20,494 nucleotides of DNA, taken from assembly GCA_043818055.1 (NCBI GenBank), contig JBDRGF010000139.1, positions 1-20,494 of the forward strand, read 5' to 3'. Every line of letters begins with the position of its first letter. The first letter of the stretch is position 1. This stretch comes from Pseudomonadota bacterium (GTDB lineage Bacteria > UBA10199 > 2-02-FULL-44-16 > JBDRGF01). Of the stretch, positions 7,534-15,297 are shown in pieces. The notes beneath the pieces were generated by a model, which was given only the letters and a program-made list of their open reading frames with translations, did no database searches and was not told where the DNA came from. The translations under genes and the position numbers were made by a program.

Positions 7534-7550
7534 AGAATCGGCAGGGATGA

Positions 7551-7757
7551 AATCATCCTTCGAAGAAGGCTGATGTGGAACTGAGCGGCAACATCAACCT
7601 GTTTGTTCCCGGTGACAAGAGGGTCTTAGACGATATGCAAACAGTAGATGGTATTAAAATTGTCAACAACATCCAGCTCTATCTCGATCTTTACAAATAT
7701 CCGGCGCGTGGACGAGAGCAGGCAGAACACTTAAGGGAGCAGGTGATTCAGACATGA
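7551..7757 (+). pseudogene. C-terminal fragment of a type IV toxin-antitoxin AbiEi-like antitoxin/regulator
   Basis: GNINLFVP...IVNNIQLYLDL...RGREQAEHL matches my recollection of the AbiEi_2-type C-terminus. An in-frame stop at 7548-7550 removes the N-terminus. Confidence 0.6.
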
Positions 7758-8929
7758 AGAAAAAAACCGGCAAAAAACCTGTTAAAGCGAGCTCCTCTGC
7801 AGATGGCTTATTTAAGCGGATTGTCACTATTTTAGAACAGGCCAGGGCCAATGTTGTCCGGTCAGTCAACAGCAATATGGTAACGGCCTATTGGCTTATT
7901 GGCCAAGAAATTGTTCAGGAGCTTCAAAAAGGACAGGAACGGGCGGAGTATGGTGAACGGATCATTAGCAATTTATCTGATCGTCTGAATAGACGGTATG
8001 GCAAGGGTTTTTCGACCACCAATCTTTGGTACTTTAGACAATTTTACATAACCTTCAAGAATCGAAAGCCTGAAATTCTCCACCCAGTGGGTGGAGAATC
8101 TGAAACCCATAAAAAACTCCGCCCAATGGGTGGAGTTTCGCTTACAGGATTTCACCCTAACCTTTCTTGGACGCACTATCGTGCGCTGATGCGTGTTGAA
8201 AATACATCCGCCCGAAATTTTTATGAAGAAGAAGCGGTACGCTGTGGTTGGGACAAAAGAACTCTGGAACGACAGATTTCGACTCTTTTTTATGAACGAT
8301 TACTGAAAAGCCAAGACAAAAAGGGAATGCTTAAAGAAGTGGTCTCCAAAAATGACTCCCTCCAACCTATTGATGTACTGAAAAACCCCTATATCCTCGA
8401 ATTTCTCAATCTGCCAAATGATCCGAAACTGCGTGAATCAAAATTAGAGGAAGCCCTCATCGCAAACTTAAGACAGTTCCTTTTGGAATTGGGAAAAGGT
8501 TTTTCGTTTGTTGCCCGACAAAAACATATCCGCATTGGCAGCAAAGATTTTTTCGTGGACTTGGTTTTCTACAATTATCTCCTCAAATGCTTTGTGCTGA
8601 TTGATCTTAAGGTTGGCGATCTGACTCATCAAGACATTGGACAAATGGACGGTTACGTTCGGCTCTTCGAGGAGCAATGCAAAACTCCCGAAGACAATCC
8701 AACTATCGGGCTTATTCTCTGTTCCGACAAAGACGATGCGATTGCGCATTATTCTGTTTTAAAGGAAAGCCGGAAGTTATTTGCCTCACGATATAAACTG
8801 GTTTTACCCGATGAGGAAGAGTTGCGCAAAGAGATCGAAAGAGAACGCCGGCTCATTGAGAACGCCTTTGAGCCTGTTACGAAAAAATCTCTTTCTTCGG
8901 GCAAAGTTGGGAGAAAAAAGAAAAAGTAA
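7754..8929 (+). CDS. DUF1016/YhcG family PD-(D/E)XK nuclease-domain protein
   Basis: YWLIGQEIV, RAEYG, GKGFS..NL, LSWTHY, KNPYILEFL, FLLELGKGFSFVARQ, VDLVFYN, LIDLK, GQMDGYV, PTIGLILC. Confidence 0.93.
   Translation: MKKKTGKKPVKASSSADGLFKRIVTILEQARANVVRSVNSNMVTAYWLIGQEIVQELQKGQERAEYGERIISNLSDRLNRRYGKGFSTTNLWYFRQFYITFKNRKPEILHPVGGESETHKKLRPMGGVSLTGFHPNLSWTHYRALMRVENTSARNFYEEEAVRCGWDKRTLERQISTLFYERLLKSQDKKGMLKEVVSKNDSLQPIDVLKNPYILEFLNLPNDPKLRESKLEEALIANLRQFLLELGKGFSFVARQKHIRIGSKDFFVDLVFYNYLLKCFVLIDLKVGDLTHQDIGQMDGYVRLFEEQCKTPEDNPTIGLILCSDKDDAIAHYSVLKESRKLFASRYKLVLPDEEELRKEIERERRLIENAFEPVTKKSLSSGKVGRKKKK
8075..8138. repeat. Two in-frame 25-bp palindromes (39-bp period) inside the DUF1016 gene
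   Basis: ATTCTCCACCCA-G-TGGGTGGAGAAT (8075-8099, perfect arms) and AAACTCCGCCCA-A-TGGGTGGAGTTT (8114-8138, 11/12). Confidence 0.9.
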
Positions 8930-8955
8930 ATTTGCCAGCTCGGATCTGGCGAATT
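8929..8955. repeat. Solo DUF1016-type palindrome just after the stop codon
   Basis: AATTTGCCAG-CTCGGAT-CTGGCGAATT (arms 9/10); translates as ICQLGSGEL from 8930. Confidence 0.6.
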
Positions 8956-9028
8956 GTGGAGGGGGTTGGGAAGTTGTTAAGAAAGATGGGGGTAAATGAG
9001 CACTGATTCGACTCTTATAATCTTGACG

Positions 9029-9088
9029 CTCTACGGCTTGACCAAAGAAGAAATTGAAATTGTGGAAGGGAGGACTCAAGGTGACTGA
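9029..9088 (+). pseudogene. Extreme C-terminal remnant of a type IIG (Eco57I/TaqI-like) restriction-modification enzyme
   Basis: Translates LYGLTKEEIEIVEGRTQGD*, the typical LYGLTxEEIxIVEG terminus. Confidence 0.7.
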
Positions 9089-9971
9089 CAGACTTAATCC
9101 ACATTCCAGACCACATTTCTTCAAGTACGTTACTTATGATGGCGCCATCAACATCTTGCGGAATATTGCTATCAAGTGGAGTTCTCCTCTCACTTTCAAT
9201 GATCCCTTTGATATTCTCGTCAGGCCAAATATCGGATTCACTGAAGAGGAATTTAAAAAGCATTCCGAACAACGAATCTTAGACGAAATTAATTCAGAAA
9301 ATACGCCTACCCACAACGAAGAACTTATTACAAAAATAAGATCGGCTTCTTCACATTTTACCGAAGGAGATTTGAAAAGCATGTTAAAGCCACGAATTGA
9401 CACACTAACAGAACAGGCGTTTTTGATATTTGCAGAATATCAGAAACAATGGCTTGAATTTGCTAAAAACATTCGCGTTCTTTGTCTTTCCGAAGTTCAT
9501 GACAACTTGCTTATGTGGGCACATTATGCCAAAAATCATACAGGGGCGGTCATACAACTCAAATGCTTGCCGGACTCAGATACTGCTCCAACCAGCAGGG
9601 CTATTAGGGTCGAATATCAGGACGCATTTCCTTCCGTAGCCACGCCAGAGGAATGGACCAACGAAATATTGAATATTAAAACGCTCAATCGCAATGAGGT
9701 TTTCTTAAGATTCATGGCTACAAAAAGCACGCATTGGGCGTATGAGAAAGAATGGCGCTGCCTCGATCAAAAGAGACCAACCGACAATGGCGATCATGAA
9801 ATTTGTGCAATACATCCCGAGGAAATCGAAGCTGTTTACCTTGGTTGTCGAATGCCAGAAGAAAGTAAGCAAGTCATTAGGGGTTTGTTGCAAGGCAAAC
9901 TGAGTCACGTCAAAATTTATGAGGCGAAACAGCATTCAGAACGTTATCAATTAGTATTTGACCCGTTGTAG
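9081..9971 (+). CDS. DUF2971 domain-containing protein
   Basis: FFKY, SSPLTFNDPFD, CLSE..DNLLMWAHYA.NHTG, KS..WAYEKEWR. GTG at 9081 preferred because GGAGG lies at 9069-9073. Confidence 0.85.
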   Translation: MTDRLNPHSRPHFFKYVTYDGAINILRNIAIKWSSPLTFNDPFDILVRPNIGFTEEEFKKHSEQRILDEINSENTPTHNEELITKIRSASSHFTEGDLKSMLKPRIDTLTEQAFLIFAEYQKQWLEFAKNIRVLCLSEVHDNLLMWAHYAKNHTGAVIQLKCLPDSDTAPTSRAIRVEYQDAFPSVATPEEWTNEILNIKTLNRNEVFLRFMATKSTHWAYEKEWRCLDQKRPTDNGDHEICAIHPEEIEAVYLGCRMPEESKQVIRGLLQGKLSHVKIYEAKQHSERYQLVFDPL

Positions 9972-10023
9972 GTCAGTCGCTGAGTGGACAAGTTATTTTT
10001 GTTGTATAATTAGGAGGATAAAT

Positions 10024-10734
10024 ATGGGAGACATAATAAATACAAATACTTTTGAAATCAGATATAAGCCAAACCCAAAAGCACTCGATTATCGGGGCGC
10101 ATGGGCTGAAGTAATATCTGAGCACCTCCAGTTACCACGCTGGCGAATATTGGAAAATCGGTTGGATGTTTATAATGAACAGACGGGTGAGCGAGCTTTT
10201 GTTGGTTTTAGAAACGCAGGCTACGTCGTTCACAATTCTCAAACCGACAATTATTTCGCAGATAAAATCATCAAATTTGTGAAATTTCTAGTGACACTAA
10301 ATGGTTTTGAAAAAGAGCCTTTTATAGAGAGAATAGGCGTCCGTTCTATATATTGTAAAAAGTACAAGGAGTCTTTTGAAAAACTCAAAAACCTGTATCT
10401 TGAACGTTACATGAATTTAACTGATGCTGCCAAAAAACTATTGGATGCGACCATTTTGGACATAGGTGGTCATGTGAACTTTGCCGACAAGCATGGCAAT
10501 TTCAACACAATGAGTGGGCCTATGGAGCAAAAGCAAATGAACCAGTTTTTTGATCAAGAATATATAGGCGATTTGCCCGATATTGGATTGTTTTTTGATA
10601 TTGACTATTGGCTCACTCCAAAAAAACAAATGGGGCCCGGCGATATATCAAGTCATATCAATGATTTTTCGGAGGCTGCTAGAGAACGATTCGAGCAGAT
10701 GGCTTCTCATATTATGGAAGTTAAAAATGGCTAA
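10024..10734 (+). CDS. Hypothetical protein, TIGR04255-like
   Basis: SD AGGAGG before ATG 10024; FEIRY, IERIGVRSI and LFFDIDY resemble TIGR04255 family motifs. Confidence 0.55.
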   Translation: MGDIINTNTFEIRYKPNPKALDYRGAWAEVISEHLQLPRWRILENRLDVYNEQTGERAFVGFRNAGYVVHNSQTDNYFADKIIKFVKFLVTLNGFEKEPFIERIGVRSIYCKKYKESFEKLKNLYLERYMNLTDAAKKLLDATILDIGGHVNFADKHGNFNTMSGPMEQKQMNQFFDQEYIGDLPDIGLFFDIDYWLTPKKQMGPGDISSHINDFSEAARERFEQMASHIMEVKNG

Positions 10735-11179
10735 AAAAAGGAAGAAACAAAAAAACGTAGTACCAATAAAGAGTGCTTTTCGCGAGGAAACAAGTAGTAA
10801 CCCCGCTGTTCATCCTAATGCAACCCTTGCTCCGGGTGATGCTCTTCATTCCACCGCAGATAATAGCTGGCTTTCAACTGATTCAACTAACGCACCTATA
10901 CTCGGTGAGGAAGATCAAAATGAAAACACCTATGTTGAAAGCTATGCTGGACTTTTGGATAAACATATCTTGAGCAAGGGTGAATCGGTTTTATTTTTTA
11001 TTGCGATTGCCGTTATCGGGTATGTCTTTATCCAGGATAATGGTGCCGGTGCATTAAAAGATTGGAGTGGGCTTTTCTGGACTCTCAAAAAAGTGGGCGT
11101 AATTTTTGCCTGTTTTGTTGGGGCTCAGATTTTACAGAAGATTTATAAGTCCTGCGTTTCAAAGTGGAAAGCAAAATAG
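10727..11179 (+). CDS. Hypothetical protein with disordered N-terminus and two C-terminal TM helices
   Basis: ATG 10727 overlaps the upstream stop; hydrophobic segments VLFFIAIAVIGYVFI and VGVIFACFVGAQIL. Confidence 0.7.
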   Translation: MAKKRKKQKNVVPIKSAFREETSSNPAVHPNATLAPGDALHSTADNSWLSTDSTNAPILGEEDQNENTYVESYAGLLDKHILSKGESVLFFIAIAVIGYVFIQDNGAGALKDWSGLFWTLKKVGVIFACFVGAQILQKIYKSCVSKWKAK

Positions 11180-11204
11180 AGACAGTAACGTTATAAACCA
11201 AGGC

Positions 11205-11229
11205 AACTTCCGAGGATACCTCGGTAGTT
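11205..11229. repeat. Solo RhuM-type 25-bp palindrome
   Basis: AACTTCCGAG-GATAC-CTCGGTAGTT (arms 9/10); translates as ATSEDTSVVRK from 11203. Confidence 0.65.
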
Positions 11230-11297
11230 CGTAAGAGCTGGCTGGAAAAAATTAACCCCTGAGAATTGCACAGCTTATTCAAAACTTAGGAATAAAT

Positions 11298-11675
11298 ATG
11301 CTCCTCCACCTTCAATGCACAAAAAAGGTTCTTAAAATCGTCGGTGAGACCAAGGATGGGCCAGTCCCACTCAAGCCAACATTGCTTTCATGGCATGTAA
11401 ACGAGTTTCGAGTTGCCAGGCGAAAATTGTTGCTCTTTACCCATGACCTAACTTTTTATTCCGTATTCTGGTATCCCGCAACCAAACCGCATATCATGAA
11501 CATGAAAAATGTGTTGGCTTCCGAGCTTATGGATTCACTGATGGCCGCTGGTTTCACAGCAGATCAGGTCGAAGAATATTTCACTGGTTTTGACCATGCC
11601 ATTTTCACTCCAACCAGTTCACGGCAGGTTTTGGGTGTAAGGAGCTCCTCTATTTTCCATCTTCTATTCTCCTAA
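11298..11675 (+). pseudogene. DUF6933-like protein, probably truncated at about 11640
   Basis: LQCTKKVL, WHVN.F.V.RRKLLLFTHD.T.Y, TSSRQVLG, after which the frame runs into a low-complexity repeat arm. Confidence 0.6.
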
Positions 11676-11746
11676 TTTCTGAAGTTTCATGCCGTATTAT
11701 GGGCAAAAAGTCGGGAAAATAGAAAATGGAGAATTGAAAATAGAGG
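11647..11746. repeat. Inverted heptamer-repeat element (CTATTTT / AAAATAG units)
   Basis: Left arm CCT-CTATTTT-CCATCTT-CTATTCT; right arm AAAATAG-AAAATGG-AGAATTG-AAAATAG-AGG; outer 11 bp perfectly complementary. Confidence 0.8.
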
Positions 11747-11844
11747 CAAAGAAAATTTGTTAAGCTGCGAGTTTGGGAATGAAAATGAGGCCTTGTGTTT
11801 CCAAAATCTTGGTTCTATACACAGCGTCCACGATGGCCTGCTAA

Positions 11845-12041
11845 AAGAGAAAATATTGGTACGTGACGAGGAAAGATGGGGGAAAAATAACTTTGCCTGT
11901 GTTCAATGTGGTATGCGCCCACCTAGTGTTGAATTACATATAGACCACATAAAGCCTTGGAGCAAAGGTGGAAAAACAGAAATGAAAAATCTACAAACGC
12001 TTTGCTCAAAATGCAATATTGGCAAAAGTGATTTAGAATAG
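11845..12041 (+). pseudogene. HNH endonuclease domain, probably a 5'-truncated fragment (start approximate)
   Basis: CVQCG...LHIDHIKPWSKGG.T...NLQTLCSKCN.GKS; no convincing start codon or RBS. Confidence 0.75.
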
Positions 12042-12050
12042 CTGTTAAAA

Positions 12051-12104
12051 TTAGAGAGAAAATCAGTTGTCGAGAAATTCTCGGTAACTGCCAGCAACGC
12101 CAAA
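12051..12104 (+). repeat. Solo RhuM-type palindrome with flanking RhuM-like codons
   Basis: AGTTGTCGAG-AAATT-CTCGGTAACT (12065-12089, arms 8/10); translates LERKSVVEKFSVTASNAK. Confidence 0.7.
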
Positions 12105-12220
12105 CAATTTGGAAAGCTGCATAAACCCATTTTCTGTTGCTTTTTAGAACGTTAGAGCTAACAACATCGTAGATTATTATTTGCCGTGGTTAATGAACGA
12201 CAAAATTGAGGCACAAAATT

Positions 12221-13240
12221 ATGAAAAAGTTACCTGACAATCAAATTGCTTTTTATCAATCACCCGATGGTTCGGTGAATATTGAGGTTTTGTTTGCCGA
12301 GGAAAATATCTGGCTTTCTCAAAAAAAAATGGCGGAACTTTTTGACACAACACCTCAAAACATAACCCAGCATCTCAAAAATATCTATACAAATAGCGAG
12401 GTTAATCAAATGTCAACTTGTAAGGAATTCTTACAAGTTCAAACAGAAGGGGAAAGAGAAGTCAAAAGAAACACGTCTCTTTATTCGTTGGAGGCCATTA
12501 TTGCTGTTGGCTATAGGGTCAACTCCGAGAGAGGCGCTCAATTTCGGCAATGGGCAACGGAAATTCTTAAAAATTATATCCATAAAGGCTATGCGTTGGA
12601 CATCAACAGATTCAAATACGGTTCACGCTTCAGCGCCAGGTATTTTGACGAACTTTACGAAGAGATCAAAGACATCCGCTCCAGCGAGCGTATGCTCTAT
12701 CAAAAAATCACCGATATTTATGCCACAGCCATAGACTATTCACCCAAGACGTACGAGAGTAAACAATTTTTTGCGACAGTTCAAAACAAACTTCATTTTG
12801 CCATTACTGGGAAAACAGCTGCGGAAATTATTCAAGAACGCGTGAGTAGTAAAAAAGATAAAATGGGACTCACATCATGGAGAAGATCGCCGAACGGTAA
12901 AATTATGCCCAGTGATGTAGTTATTGCCAAGAACTATTTGGATAAAAATGAACTTACTGAACTCAATAGAATCGTGAACATGTATTTGGATTATGCCGAA
13001 ATGCAAGCTGCTCGCGGCAGGATAATGGCCATGAAAGACTGGATAGAAAAACTCAATGCCTTTTTGAAATTTAGTGAACACGATATTTTGACAAATGCAG
13101 GCAAGATCAATCATGAAGTAGCAGAAACACTTGCATTAGGAGAATATGGAAAATATCGGGTAATACAGGACAAAAACTATGTTTCCGACTTTGACCGCGA
13201 GGTGAAAAAATTATTTACATCTGCAAAGAAAAAAGAATGA
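12221..13240 (+). CDS. Virulence RhuM family protein (putative DNA-binding)
   Basis: IWLSQKKMAELF, NITQHLKNIY, YSLEAIIAVGYRVNS, QFRQWAT, DIRSSER, FFATVQNKLHFA, MGLTSW, AKNYL. Contains the in-frame palindrome at 12415-12439. Confidence 0.93.
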   Translation: MKKLPDNQIAFYQSPDGSVNIEVLFAEENIWLSQKKMAELFDTTPQNITQHLKNIYTNSEVNQMSTCKEFLQVQTEGEREVKRNTSLYSLEAIIAVGYRVNSERGAQFRQWATEILKNYIHKGYALDINRFKYGSRFSARYFDELYEEIKDIRSSERMLYQKITDIYATAIDYSPKTYESKQFFATVQNKLHFAITGKTAAEIIQERVSSKKDKMGLTSWRRSPNGKIMPSDVVIAKNYLDKNELTELNRIVNMYLDYAEMQAARGRIMAMKDWIEKLNAFLKFSEHDILTNAGKINHEVAETLALGEYGKYRVIQDKNYVSDFDREVKKLFTSAKKKE

Positions 13241-13311
13241 CGATCAAACTGACTCCCGACATCAAAGTAAAACCGAAAAAGGATGACCTCGAAACAGCAA
13301 TGAAGTTTTTG

Positions 13312-13342
13312 GCTGATAACTGACGGCTGATAGCTGACAGCT
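13312..13342. repeat. Tandem heptamer repeat between convergent genes
   Basis: GCTGATA-ACTGACG-GCTGATA-GCTGACA-GCT. Confidence 0.75.
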
Positions 13343-14894
13343 ATCCCCCCACCACCTTCATCTCCAAAATCCTGTCCACCCTGAAGGTGCGTTGTTCTTT
13401 GCGATTATGACAATAGGCGCTGATCCCAATGAATGGTTTTTCAAGATAGAACATCTTGCCAACCTTGATCGGTTCGATCAGGCGCTTTGATTTTTCATCC
13501 TTCGATTTGAGATATACGATTTCGACCCTCTTCTTCTCATCGATGCATTTGAGCAAAACCTTTAGCTTCTCTTCGATCGGCAGCTCCCTCTCAGAAATAT
13601 TATATTGATGCTCCGTCACAAATTTCACGACGCGCCAATCGACCCAGATGTGGGATTTCTGGAGCTCCCGCTTCAAGACAATCCCCTCGAGCGTCCGGCA
13701 GCGACTCAACGCAACATACATCTGACCTGTTGCGAAAGTCCCCTTGCCCACATCTATCACCACATGATCGAAGGTCTTTCCCTGGCTCTTATGGATCGTG
13801 ATTGCCCACGCGAGTTTGAGCGGATATTGCATAAAGCTCCCGACGCTTTCAGTCGCAACAACCTTCTTCTTGTTATCGTACTGATAGCGATACATCTCCC
13901 ATGTGAAGGGCTCTATCTCTTCGATCGATCCATCAGGAAACTTCACACTGACGCCATCCTGTTCAAGGGATGAGATCGTGCCGATCGTGCCATTCACCCA
14001 ACGACCCAACCTGTCGTTATTGAGGAGCATCACCTGCGCCCCCTTTTTCAATTTCAGCCCCACCTCCGTCGGAAGCGCCTTGGTATCGAAATCACCAACG
14101 ACATCACCATAAAAAGTACGGCCCCTCGAGGGAAGCTGCGACAATTTTTCTACGTTTATTTCAAAGGCACGTCGGTTCACGGCGGTCAGATATATGTATT
14201 GCCCGTGAGGTTCAAAGTTGGGGTCAAACCGGCTGTTGAATGCCGATATAACATCTTTCGTTATCGAATTATTACGAACGGCGTTGAGCATGTGAATGAA
14301 GTTCGAGTCGCTCTGCCTGTAAACCTTTTCAAGCTCGATATATTCGAGCGAGACATCTGCAAAGACATGCGAGTCAAAAAAATAGGGACTTTTGTAATGG
14401 TCGGAAAAGAGCTCCTTTTCATGCCAGGTGACTACCGGCGGAAGCTGATAGAGATCCCCGACCAGCAGCAGTTGAACGCCGCCAAAGGCCATCGACCTTT
14501 TGGCACGAATGGTTCGCAAAAAGGTATCGATACAGTCCATAAGATCAGCCCTCACCATCGAGACCTCGTCGATCACAATCGTATCGATGCTCTGGTAGAG
14601 CTTTTCCCTCTTCTTCTTTTTCGCGTTGTTGGCATTTCTTATAGCCTGCTCAGGCGTGATATCGGGCTTGAAACCGAAAAATGAATGGATCGTCTGACCA
14701 CCCACATTCACAGCCGCCACACCTGTGGGAGCCAAAACGACTATCTTTTTTTTCGTCTTGGAGCGGAAATATTCAAGAAATGTGGATTTGCCGGTACCTG
14801 CCCTGCCAGCCACCAGAAGAGATTCTGTGCTATTTTCGGCAAGATCATAGGCCTTTTTGAACTCGTTATTGATTTCGATATGCTTTAAATCCAT
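13341..14894 (-). CDS. Pif1-family (SF1B) DNA helicase with C-terminal WYL domain
   Basis: GRAGTGKS, APTGVAA, IDEVSM, GDLYQLPPV, YRQ, QYPLKLAWAITIHKSQG, YVALSR; tail IVY...RLIEP...AYCHNRKEQRTFRVDRI. Confidence 0.92.
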   Translation of the reverse strand: MDLKHIEINNEFKKAYDLAENSTESLLVAGRAGTGKSTFLEYFRSKTKKKIVVLAPTGVAAVNVGGQTIHSFFGFKPDITPEQAIRNANNAKKKKREKLYQSIDTIVIDEVSMVRADLMDCIDTFLRTIRAKRSMAFGGVQLLLVGDLYQLPPVVTWHEKELFSDHYKSPYFFDSHVFADVSLEYIELEKVYRQSDSNFIHMLNAVRNNSITKDVISAFNSRFDPNFEPHGQYIYLTAVNRRAFEINVEKLSQLPSRGRTFYGDVVGDFDTKALPTEVGLKLKKGAQVMLLNNDRLGRWVNGTIGTISSLEQDGVSVKFPDGSIEEIEPFTWEMYRYQYDNKKKVVATESVGSFMQYPLKLAWAITIHKSQGKTFDHVVIDVGKGTFATGQMYVALSRCRTLEGIVLKRELQKSHIWVDWRVVKFVTEHQYNISERELPIEEKLKVLLKCIDEKKRVEIVYLKSKDEKSKRLIEPIKVGKMFYLEKPFIGISAYCHNRKEQRTFRVDRILEMKVVGG

Positions 14895-15029
14895 AAAACT
14901 AAAAGCTCCATTCCATGGGGTGCGGCGAGGCTAACCATAATATAGGGGGAATTAAAAGAAGATTTTTAAAAATTTCTCTTTGAATAATTGCAAATTGGTA
15001 GTAAAGTCCATCCCGGAAAGGAGGAAAAT

Positions 15030-15233
15030 ATGGCTACTACAAAGAAAAAAGTTTTAACGAAAAAAGCTTTCGGCGGTTACACGATCAATTTCAATGGCTG
15101 CAAAGATCCGATCGAGAAGATTTTTGGCAACAAGCCGATCGGCCCTTCAGAGATGACAAAGAAGATTTGGGCCTATGTGAAGACAAATAAGCTGTCGAAC
15201 AGTGCACCGAAATGCAAAGGAAAGTGTAAGTAA
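15030..15233 (+). CDS. Small basic protein resembling the N-terminal half of a SWIB/MDM2 domain
   Basis: SD AAGGAGG; IFGNKPIGPSEMTKKIWAYVKTNKL. Confidence 0.65.
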   Translation: MATTKKKVLTKKAFGGYTINFNGCKDPIEKIFGNKPIGPSEMTKKIWAYVKTNKLSNSAPKCKGKCK

Positions 15234-15252
15234 GTAGGATATTTTTTAATTT

Positions 15253-15282
15253 AGGGGCGGGATACTAACCCGCCCTTTTTTA
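15253..15282 (+). terminator. Rho-independent terminator
   Basis: GGGCGGG-ATACTAA-CCCGCCC followed by a T run. Confidence 0.85.
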
Positions 15283-15297
15283 TTTGTTTGAATTCCC

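Noticed and set aside
9985..10010. Sigma70 promoter TGGACA...TATAAT
   Set aside because: The spacer is only 14 bp and the start site would fall within the SD.
11757..11844. ORF-track N-terminus of the HNH protein
   Set aside because: TTG start without RBS, adjacent to a repeat element, and not protein-family-like; treated as open frame by chance.
13237..13323. 28-codon ORF MTIKLTPDIKVKPKKDDLETAMKFLADN overlapping the rhuM stop
   Set aside because: Could be another gene scrap, but it is too short and I cannot assign it.
7496..13340. Prophage or ICE with attL/attR
   Set aside because: No integrase, structural or conjugation genes, and no direct repeat of the tRNA 3' end found by eye.
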